Assembly (NCBI GenBank): GCA_016928955.1
Contig: JAFGJV010000004.1
Span: forward strand, 1-64,000
DNA from: Spirochaetales bacterium
Lineage (GTDB): Bacteria; Spirochaetota; Spirochaetia; Treponematales; UBA12059
Reading direction: 5' to 3'
DNA: 64,000 nt
A program made the position numbers and the translations under genes. The notes beneath the pieces were generated by a model. That model was given only the letters and a program-made list of their open reading frames with translations. It searched no databases and had not been told where the DNA came from. Shown here piece by piece: positions 56,544-64,000 of the stretch (positions within the stretch are counted from its first letter, which is position 1; each line of letters begins with the position of its first letter).

Positions 56544-57338
56544 ATGAGAACCCTGGACGGCGACAGCTACCACAGCCCGGAGGGCATAGCCCGGGCGCCG
56601 AGCGAATTTTGGCTTCTGGGCACGCGCTGGAGCCCTTATTTCAAATTCTTCGGGGTGATGTTCCGGTCCAGGGCTTTGGCCGTGAAGGGGCTGTACGACG
56701 ACGACGCGTGGGCGTCCAGTTCCATGGACGTGATGACCGCCCTGGAGAGCTGCGGGGCGCGCTTCCATATCGACGGGCTGGACCATGTACGGGAGTTGGA
56801 CGGGCCGGCGGTGCTGGTGGCCAACCACATGAGCACCATGGAAACCACGCTGCTTCCCGGCCTGGTGTCGCCCATACGGAAATGCACCTTTGTGGTCAAG
56901 GAAAAGCTGATGCACGGGCCCATCTGGGGGCCCATCATGCGCGCGCGCGAGGCCATAGCGGTTACCCGCAGGGACGCCCGCGCAGATCTGGACACGGTGA
57001 TGCGCGAAGGCGTGGCCCTGCTGGAACGCGGGCGTTCCGTGATCATCTTCCCGCAGAGCACACGCACGGATATCTTCACGCGGGCCGGTTTCAACAGTCT
57101 GGGAGTCAAGCTGGCATCGCGCGCGGGAGTACCCGTCCTGCCCGTGGCGCTCAAGACAGACTACTGGGGCAACTCAAAAATTCTGCGGGGCTTCGGCCCG
57201 GTACGGCGCTCCCTGCCCGTCTATATTTCCTTCGGGCCGGCCATGCCGGTGACGGGGCGCGGCAAGGCGGAGCACGAGGCCTGCCTGGACTTCATACAGG
57301 GCAAGCTCCGGGAGTGGGGCGCCAAGGTGGCGGACTAG
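56544..57338 (+). CDS. plsC: Lysophospholipid acyltransferase (PlsC family)
   Basis: ANHMSTME, FVVKEKL, IFPQSTR, VPVLPVA. Confidence 0.85.
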   Translation: MRTLDGDSYHSPEGIARAPSEFWLLGTRWSPYFKFFGVMFRSRALAVKGLYDDDAWASSSMDVMTALESCGARFHIDGLDHVRELDGPAVLVANHMSTMETTLLPGLVSPIRKCTFVVKEKLMHGPIWGPIMRAREAIAVTRRDARADLDTVMREGVALLERGRSVIIFPQSTRTDIFTRAGFNSLGVKLASRAGVPVLPVALKTDYWGNSKILRGFGPVRRSLPVYISFGPAMPVTGRGKAEHEACLDFIQGKLREWGAKVAD

Positions 57339-57351
57339 AGTCCGCAGACGT

Positions 57352-57789
57352 TTACGAACCGCTCTTCCGTGGCCCTTTGCGCTCTTCCTCCGCGCGCATG
57401 AAGGTGCCTATGTCCGAGTCGTGCTTCAGGATGTGGTCGGCGTACCAGTCCCGCAGGAACACGAATATCTGCGCGGGCAGGGTGCCGTCGGCGCTGGACA
57501 GGGTCAGGAAGTGCTCGTTGAGTTCCTTGACGAACCATTGGTGGGCCATGCGCTGTTCGGCCAGGCGGGGATACTTGATCTCCAGCATGAGGCGCTCCTC
57601 GGCCGCAAAGTGGTACTTGGTATAGCTGACCAGCTCCGCGACGATTTCCCTCACGCGCTCCGCAGATCCGCCGGCCTCAACCAGGTTGAAGGCGTCGATC
57701 AAAAGGTGCACCAGGCGTTTGTGGTGCTCGTCGATATGCTCTATGCCGGTATACATCTTGTCTGTCCACACGTCGTCAAAACTAGGCAT
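57352..57789 (-). CDS. Bacteriohemerythrin
   Basis: TGIEHIDEHH, HFAAEE, H...F, HILKHD. Confidence 0.9.
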   Translation of the reverse strand: MPSFDDVWTDKMYTGIEHIDEHHKRLVHLLIDAFNLVEAGGSAERVREIVAELVSYTKYHFAAEERLMLEIKYPRLAEQRMAHQWFVKELNEHFLTLSSADGTLPAQIFVFLRDWYADHILKHDSDIGTFMRAEEERKGPRKSGS

Positions 57790-57821
57790 GGCCGTATCCT
57801 TTCAAATCGTTCACGTGCTAA

Positions 57822-57972
57822 AGGGGGCCTCCAACAGGATGCCGAAAAACTCGATGCTTTCTAGCTTCCTGTTTAGAGCCATTGGGTATTCAGGGAATCT
57901 CAAAAGGGGGCCTCTAAAAACTTCAGTTTTTAGAGGTTCCCTAAAAGCAAAAGTTTTTAGAGGTTCCCATTA
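57822..57972. repeat. REP-like palindrome cluster
   Basis: GGGGGCCTCTAAAAAC-TTCA-GTTTTTAGAGGTTCCC 57906-57941, then a partial tandem copy ending GGTTCCCATTAG; degenerate copy upstream. Confidence 0.8.
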
Positions 57973-58059
57973 GAGTTTCACAAGATGTAGCTTAACGCAT
58001 GGGCGGGCCGCGGGAAAGTGCCATCGACGCGCCAAGGCCCGGACGCGTATACTGGCCCC

Positions 58060-58875
58060 ATGGGAACGGACGCTCTCCTTTCGGCCGTGCCGGGCGCCGC
58101 CTCCGGCAGCGGAATCGTGGTGGCAGTGGTGGGCGCGGGGGGCAAGACGTCCGTGATGTTCCGCCTGGCCGAGGAAGCCAGGGCCGCTGGCCGCAGGGTC
58201 CTTGTGGCCACCACAACGCGTATATGGGACCCCCGCGACCAGGGGCGACGCATGGACGCCTTTCTGGAAGACGGCCGCTGGGCCCTGCCGTGGTCGGCGA
58301 CTGCGCCCCTGCCAGAGCCACCCGATACAGCCGGGGGCGGCTGGCTGGCCGTGGCGTCCGCCGGGTCGGAGGGCGGCAAGCTTGTGTCCGTGGATCCGTC
58401 CGTGCTCTGCGCGGCCAGGGCATACTGGGACCTGGTGGTCATAGAGGCGGACGGCGCCCGGGGCCGCTCCATCAAGGCTCCCGCTGACCACGAGCCGGTG
58501 GTGCCCTCCTGCTCGGACTCTGTGCTGGCCCTGGTGGGCATGGATGCCCTGGGAGCGCCCTTGGACGACGCGATAGCGTTCAGGCCTGAACTGGTAGCCC
58601 AGCGGGGTGGCGGGACCTTGGCCGGGCCGGTACGCGCCTGCCTGCTAGTCGCTCTTGCCGCCCATCCTGAGGGACTGTTCAAGGGAACGCCTTCCGGAGC
58701 GGATAGGATCGTGGTGCTCAACAAGCTGGACGCCGCCGATCTGGCTTCCGCCAGGGAGCTGGCCACCGCCTTGTTGGATTCGGGCGCGGTAGACCGCGTG
58801 GTGGCGGGCTCCTTCGGCGCGGGACGCGCGGGCCGCCCGGAGCTTGTCCAAAACGCCACGCATCCGCTACGATAA
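58060..58875 (+). CDS. yqeC: Selenium cofactor biosynthesis protein YqeC
   Basis: VGAGGKTS, TTTRI, IEADGARGRSIKAP..HEPV, GLFKG, LNKLD. Confidence 0.9.
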   Translation: MGTDALLSAVPGAASGSGIVVAVVGAGGKTSVMFRLAEEARAAGRRVLVATTTRIWDPRDQGRRMDAFLEDGRWALPWSATAPLPEPPDTAGGGWLAVASAGSEGGKLVSVDPSVLCAARAYWDLVVIEADGARGRSIKAPADHEPVVPSCSDSVLALVGMDALGAPLDDAIAFRPELVAQRGGGTLAGPVRACLLVALAAHPEGLFKGTPSGADRIVVLNKLDAADLASARELATALLDSGAVDRVVAGSFGAGRAGRPELVQNATHPLR

Positions 58876-58912
58876 GCGCCCGTTTTTTGTTCCGAACCTG
58901 AAAGGATGAGCC

Positions 58913-60514
58913 GTGAACATTCTAAAAAAAGCCGCCGAGCTGGAAGAGTCGTTCGTGCCTTTTGCCCTGGCCACCATTGTAGATTCGTCGGGTTCCACGC
59001 CCAGGGGTACGGGCAAGATGATCGTGCTCGCAGACGGGAGCACCCACGGCACCGTGGGCGGGGGCCTTGTGGAGGCGCGGGTCATTGAAGAGGCGCGCAG
59101 GGCCATGGACGTCAACCGCCCGGTCATGCTGGAGTACAATCTGGACGGCGGACAGGGTCTGGCCAGCCTGGACATGGACTGCGGCGGCTCCCTGCGCGTG
59201 TTCGTCGAGGTGTTCGGAGCCCGCCCGAGGCTGGTCATAGCCGGCGGGGGCCATGTGGGGCTGGCCGTGGCGACTCTAGCCGCCGGCCTGGGTTTCCGGA
59301 CGGCCATCATAGACGACAGGCCAGACTTTGTTACGCACAAACGTTTTCCCATGGCCACGGAACTGTACGTGGATCCGGACATGGATACCGCCCTGGAGAG
59401 CGCGCCCGTGGGCCGCGACGATTTTGTGCTCATAGCCACGCACTCGGCGGACGAGCGCTCGCTTCGCGCCCTGGCTGCCCGGGACTGCGCCTACCTGGGT
59501 TTCCTCGGCTCAAGGCGCAAGGTGCGAATGCTCCTGGACAAGCTCGCGGCTGAGGGCGTGCCTGAAACGGTCTTGGGCCGTGTGCGCGCCCCCGTGGGTC
59601 TCAATCTGGGAGCGGAGACGCCAGAGGAGATAGCCCTGTCCGTTATGGCCGAGATCATGACCGTTCGCTCGGGTAGGGACGGGCTGCCCCTGGCCGGACG
59701 CGACGGCGAACTAGTCGTGGTGCGCGGCGGCGGCGACCTGGCCACGGGCTGCGCGCTCAGGCTCAGGGCGGCCGGTTTCCGCGTGGTCGTGCTGGAGGTG
59801 CCGGAACCCATGGCCATACGGCGGGCCGTTGCCCTGTCCGAGGCCGTGTATGACGGTACGGCCACCGTGGAAGGCGTACGGGCGCGCCGGGCGGAAAGCC
59901 TGGACCAGGTGCGCGCCATCCTGAACGACGACCACATACCTGTGCTGGTGGACCCGGACCTGGCATACCTCAAAGCCCTGTCTCCCCTGGCCATTGTCGA
60001 CGCCACTCTGGCCAAGAAAAACCTGGGGCTCAGGCGGGACCTGGCCCCCATCGTGATCGGGGTGGGGCCGGGATTTGAGGCGGGAGCGGACGTGGACGCG
60101 GCCGTGGAAACCCAGCGCGGCCACGACCTGGGAACGGTCATCCTGTCCGGGCGGACGGCGCCCGACTCTGGTGTGCCCGGCGAGGTGGCCGGGAAGTCGT
60201 CCGCGCGCGTGCTCAGGGCGCCGGTCGCCGGAACGGTAGAGGCAGTGGCCGCCATAGGGGACGCGGTGGCAGAGGGCGACGTGGTCCTCAGGATCAAGGG
60301 CGACGCGGGACTCGCTGACGTTCGGGCACCCTTCGCCGGGGTGGTGCGCGGGCTCATACGACCGGGTTACCAGGCCGGCGCGAACATGAAGATAGCGGAC
60401 GTGGACCCCCGGGGAAAGCGAGACTACTGTTTTACGGTTTCCGACAAGGCTCGGGCCGTGGGCGGCGGCGTCCTTGAGGCGGTCATGCTACTGAAACGGC
60501 GGATAAAACGCTGA
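58913..60514 (+). CDS. yqeB: XdhC-domain selenium-dependent molybdenum hydroxylase system protein YqeB
   Basis: GSTPR, GTVGGG, CGG, GSRRK, GAETPEEIA (XdhC), then VRGGGDLATG, ETQRGHDLG, KIADVDPR, SDKARAVGGG. Confidence 0.92.
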   Translation: MNILKKAAELEESFVPFALATIVDSSGSTPRGTGKMIVLADGSTHGTVGGGLVEARVIEEARRAMDVNRPVMLEYNLDGGQGLASLDMDCGGSLRVFVEVFGARPRLVIAGGGHVGLAVATLAAGLGFRTAIIDDRPDFVTHKRFPMATELYVDPDMDTALESAPVGRDDFVLIATHSADERSLRALAARDCAYLGFLGSRRKVRMLLDKLAAEGVPETVLGRVRAPVGLNLGAETPEEIALSVMAEIMTVRSGRDGLPLAGRDGELVVVRGGGDLATGCALRLRAAGFRVVVLEVPEPMAIRRAVALSEAVYDGTATVEGVRARRAESLDQVRAILNDDHIPVLVDPDLAYLKALSPLAIVDATLAKKNLGLRRDLAPIVIGVGPGFEAGADVDAAVETQRGHDLGTVILSGRTAPDSGVPGEVAGKSSARVLRAPVAGTVEAVAAIGDAVAEGDVVLRIKGDAGLADVRAPFAGVVRGLIRPGYQAGANMKIADVDPRGKRDYCFTVSDKARAVGGGVLEAVMLLKRRIKR

Positions 60515-60622
60515 ACGACGGTGCGTGACACGGCAAAAAGGCTCGTGTCGGGTTGAAATCGGGTGGCGTAATGATCGCTCTCATTGAAAAACAATTATAG
60601 GAACATTACATTGAGGGGAACC

Positions 60623-61645
60623 ATGCGCGCGCTGTCGGAAAAACCATCCCTACTTCTCATCCCGCTCATAGCGGCGGCCACCCTGGCCGTGGCAGTGGGC
60701 ACTGTCATGGCGGCAACGGCCATGGTGCGCACGTCCAAGGACGCCGAGCTTGTCAACACCGCGGGCATGGTCCGAGGCGGCATACAGCGAGCGGTCAAGA
60801 TGGAGCTGGCGGGAGCCCCTGGTGACGAAGCTTTCAAGATTGTCCTGGGCAAGCTGGCCATCCTCATGGACAGCGGCTCTGAGAATTTGCGCCGGTCGGG
60901 TGAGGACCTCAGGGCTTCCGTGGCCGACTTGCAAGACCTCGCGCTCGCCCACCGGACACAGGCAAGCGCCCAGTCCAAGCTGGCGCTTCTGACACGCAGC
61001 GAGGAAGTCTGGTACAAGTCGGAAAAGTTCGTGCAGCTGGCCACGGACGACGCCGGCGACAAACGCATCCTCTTTGCCTGGGGCCTGGTGTGCATGCTCG
61101 GCGGAGTCATACTCACCGCCCTGTCCGTGCTGGTGTCCAAGCGCCTGGTGGCAGACCGGGTGGAGGTTGAAGCGGCGTATGACGCCATGACCGGCGCCCT
61201 CCGCAGGGACCGCTACATGGAACGCCTGTCACGCGCCATCATAGCGCGCCCGCCGAACCATTCCGTGGGCGTGGTCATGCTTGACCTGGACCGCTTCAAG
61301 GGCATCAACGACAGCTTTGGGCATGACGCCGGCGACAAGGTGCTGGCTGCGGTCAGCGGTGCCCTGCGTTCCCTGCTCCGAGAGGGCGACGATTTTGGCC
61401 GCCTGGGCGGCGAGGAATTCGCCGTGACCATCAAGAGCAAGGATCCGCGCGCGGCCAGGCTGTTCGCCGAACGGGCGCGGGCTGCCGTCGAGTCCCTGCG
61501 GCTTGAGCGCCTGCCAATCATCACCATCAGCGCGGGCTCGGCAATCGTGCGGCCGAACGAGCACGGCATAGACGCCCTGAAGCGGGCTGACTCCTACCTG
61601 TACGCTGCCAAGGCGGCCGGACGCAACAGGGTGCGCGGCGACTAG
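60623..61645 (+). CDS. Membrane-bound diguanylate cyclase
   Basis: Two TMs around a PilJ/NarX-like helical sensor; DLDRFKGIND, REGD I-site, GGEEF. Confidence 0.88.
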   Translation: MRALSEKPSLLLIPLIAAATLAVAVGTVMAATAMVRTSKDAELVNTAGMVRGGIQRAVKMELAGAPGDEAFKIVLGKLAILMDSGSENLRRSGEDLRASVADLQDLALAHRTQASAQSKLALLTRSEEVWYKSEKFVQLATDDAGDKRILFAWGLVCMLGGVILTALSVLVSKRLVADRVEVEAAYDAMTGALRRDRYMERLSRAIIARPPNHSVGVVMLDLDRFKGINDSFGHDAGDKVLAAVSGALRSLLREGDDFGRLGGEEFAVTIKSKDPRAARLFAERARAAVESLRLERLPIITISAGSAIVRPNEHGIDALKRADSYLYAAKAAGRNRVRGD

Positions 61646-61660
61646 CAGTCTGAGCCGCCC

Positions 61661-61690
61661 TTGCCTGGGTGGGCGCGTCGCGACTATAAT
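61661..61690 (+). promoter_or_regulatory. Sigma70 promoter of tyrS
   Basis: TTGCCT-18 nt-TATAAT; RBS GGAGG. Confidence 0.6.
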
Positions 61691-61725
61691 CCTCCCCTAC
61701 AGTAGCAACGCATCGGAGGACAGTC

Positions 61726-62952
61726 ATGAATCCCGCCCTGGTTACCCTCAAGGAACGCGGTTTCCTGCAGCAGTGCACCGATCTGGACGGTTTGTCCAAG
61801 CTCATGGATCAGGGTCCGGTCACTTTTTACGTGGGCTGCGACCCTACCCACCATTCGCTCCACATCGGCCACATGGTGCCCTTCTTTGCCTTCCGCCACC
61901 TCAGGGAGCACGGCCACCACGGCATAGCCTTGCTGGGCGGCGGCACGGCCCGCATCGGCGATCCTTCGGGCAAGACAGAGATGCGCCAGCTTCTGTCCTA
62001 CGAGAACCTGGACTCAAACGCCGCGTCCATCGAGCGCCAGCTCAACCGTTTCATATCGTTTGACGGCACGACGGCGTACACGGACAACAACAAGAACTGG
62101 CTGGCCCGGCTCAACTATATAGATTTCCTGCGGGACATAGGCAGGCATTTCTCCGTCAACCGCATGCTGTCCTTTGAGGCGTACCGCATGCGCATGGAGA
62201 CCGGCCTGTCCTTCATCGAGTTCAATTACCAGCTCCTCCAGAGCTACGACTTCCTGGAGCTGTACCGGCGCCACGGCTGCCGCCTGCAGATAGGCGGTGA
62301 CGACCAGTGGGGAAACATCGTGGCGGGCATGGAGCTGATACGCCGCGTTGAGGGCGCCGAGGTGTTTGGCCTGACCTTCCCTTTGGTGACCACCAGCGAC
62401 GGCAAGAAGATGGGCAAGACAGAAAAGGGCGCCCTGTTCCTGGACCCGGCCATAACCAGCCCCTACGACTTTTTCCAGTACTGGCGCAACGTTACCGACC
62501 AGGACGTAGAACGCTTCCTCCTTATGTTCACCTTCCTGCCCACTGACGAGTGCAAGGCGCTGTCGGAGCCCGGGCGCAACGTCAACGAGGCCAAGGAGCG
62601 CCTGGCCTGGGAGCTGACCGCCCTTATCCACGGCAAGGACGAGGCCGACAAGGCCCTGGCCGGCGCCAAGGCGGCCTTCGGGGGCGGCGGCGACCGCAGC
62701 GCCATGCCCACGGTCTCGTTGCCGCGCTCCAAGTTCGACGCCGGCTACCCGGTTCTGGATCTGTTCGTTGACGCCGGCCTGTCGTCATCCAAGAGCGAGG
62801 CCAGGCGCCTGGTGCAGCAGGGCGGGGCAACCGTGGGCGCCGATATCTGGGCTGACGAGAAGACGCCTGTAGGATCTTCAGCCCTGGACGAGGACGGCGA
62901 GCTTATCTTGCGCGCGGGCAAGAAGCGCTATGCGCGGGTGGTTACCGGCTGA
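61726..62952 (+). CDS. tyrS: Tyrosine--tRNA ligase
   Basis: YVGCDPT, HIGH, QIGGDDQWGN, KMGKT, C-terminal S4 domain. Confidence 0.97.
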   Translation: MNPALVTLKERGFLQQCTDLDGLSKLMDQGPVTFYVGCDPTHHSLHIGHMVPFFAFRHLREHGHHGIALLGGGTARIGDPSGKTEMRQLLSYENLDSNAASIERQLNRFISFDGTTAYTDNNKNWLARLNYIDFLRDIGRHFSVNRMLSFEAYRMRMETGLSFIEFNYQLLQSYDFLELYRRHGCRLQIGGDDQWGNIVAGMELIRRVEGAEVFGLTFPLVTTSDGKKMGKTEKGALFLDPAITSPYDFFQYWRNVTDQDVERFLLMFTFLPTDECKALSEPGRNVNEAKERLAWELTALIHGKDEADKALAGAKAAFGGGGDRSAMPTVSLPRSKFDAGYPVLDLFVDAGLSSSKSEARRLVQQGGATVGADIWADEKTPVGSSALDEDGELILRAGKKRYARVVTG

Positions 62953-63137
62953 GGCGGCTTCGCGGCCTCGCCGCAGCCCGCTTGTAATCAAGGGGCGGGC
63001 GGGATAAGGTTAGTGCGTATCGATGACAGACCCGCGGAGCGCTGTGCCCGCGGGCGTTCCCACAGGCGGGCCGACTTGTTGGCCCCGCGGCCTTTGGCCG
63101 ACCCGCGTCGCCAGCGCATGGCGAGAGGAGGTTGGTC

Positions 63138-63629
63138 ATGAAAAAAACGTTGATGACAGGACTCCTGATCGTGGCCCTGCTCCTGGCTTTGGCCCATCCC
63201 GTGGCCGCCCAGGAAGCCGAGTCCGCGTCCTTGAGGGAGGGCAGGATCGGGGCGGGAGCCTATTTCAGCCTTGGCCGCCTTTTGGACGACCCGGTGGCCA
63301 TAGCCGGGGCGGCGTTTGAGTACGGCGTGGTGGACCGCTCGACCCTGGGAATCGGCTACGCGTATCTGGACGGCTACCTTATGCAGGCAGACTGCCTGGA
63401 GGCGTACGCCAGGGTGTATGTTCTCAACGGGGCGCTGGGCCTGTATCTCAGACCGTCCATCTTGATCATAGGCTGGGGAACGGAAACCATGGACGCCGTG
63501 TTCGACCTGGGCGCAGGAATAGAGTGGCAAAGCCCCTGGCTTGTGTACGCGGCTGTGCAGGCAACGGTCCTCTTCCAGAACGACGGGCGCGGCTATATGG
63601 TGGGCGCCTGCCTGGGGCTTAGGCTGTGA
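63138..63629 (+). CDS. Putative small outer-membrane beta-barrel protein
   Basis: RBS GAGGAGG, signal peptide (VAA-Q), amphipathic strands. Confidence 0.6.
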   Translation: MKKTLMTGLLIVALLLALAHPVAAQEAESASLREGRIGAGAYFSLGRLLDDPVAIAGAAFEYGVVDRSTLGIGYAYLDGYLMQADCLEAYARVYVLNGALGLYLRPSILIIGWGTETMDAVFDLGAGIEWQSPWLVYAAVQATVLFQNDGRGYMVGACLGLRL

Positions 63630-64000
63630 GCAGAAAGGCCCTCTTCCTGGGCGGCACGGGTAATCTGTCGCGGGACGCCGCCCTGCGGGCCTTGGACGAG
63701 GGCTGGGAACTGTGGCTTGCCAACCGGGGTACATCAAACCGGGACGTGGCCGGCGCGCGGACGTTGAGCGTTGACGCCAGGGACTCAGACGCTCTCAGGC
63801 AGGCACTCAAGGATGGCGCCTGGGACTCCGTTGTCGATTTCATATCCTACCAGCCTGCCCATGTGCGCGCCGTGCTTGGCGCCCTGGGGAACGTCGGCCA
63901 GTACGTGTTCATATCCAGCGCGTCCTGCTACCACAAACCGCCGCTGGGCGGTCCGATTCGGGAAGACACGCCCCTGGCCAACCCGTTCTGGGCGTACTCT
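63626..64000 (+). CDS. NAD-dependent epimerase/dehydratase (3'-truncated by the window edge)
   Basis: GTG start overlapping the previous stop; ALFLGGTGNLS, NRG, YVFISSASCY. Confidence 0.85.
   Translation, partial: MSRKALFLGGTGNLSRDAALRALDEGWELWLANRGTSNRDVAGARTLSVDARDSDALRQALKDGAWDSVVDFISYQPAHVRAVLGALGNVGQYVFISSASCYHKPPLGGPIREDTPLANPFWAYS

Noticed and set aside
61690..61725. T-box upstream of tyrS
   Set aside because: The leader is only about 30 nt from the predicted promoter and has no T-box motif

Overview
GC-rich 64-kb window, probably from a free-living or host-associated spirochaete (inferred from the FliM sequence style, the many lipoproteins and the palindromic intergenic repeats). 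It holds: a translationally coupled Met-biosynthesis operon (aspartate kinase-metF-metH-asd); an ECF sigma locus; an MFS efflux pump; an FGE-sulfatase lipoprotein/Opp-type ABC operon; signalling genes (SBP plus histidine kinase, HD-GYP, two GGDEF); oxidative-stress genes; an AraC-linked orphan flagellar C-ring module with a FliM-FliG fusion; a surface-protein locus with an in-frame low-GC segment; rlmJ, plsC, hemerythrin, yqeC/yqeB and tyrS. The best novel candidate is an unannotated 29-codon Met-rich leader peptide (759-848, ending ATG-ATG-ATG-TGA). It has its own promoter and RBS and is followed by alternative RNA stems ahead of the Met operon, which suggests ribosome-mediated methionine attenuation. 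Next are the FliM-FliG fusion module, a tandem mini-MotA-like protein in the ECF operon, and the low-GC cassette. No rRNA, tRNA, CRISPR array, transposase or reverse transcriptase was recognised. All calls come from reading motifs by eye; no database searches were run.
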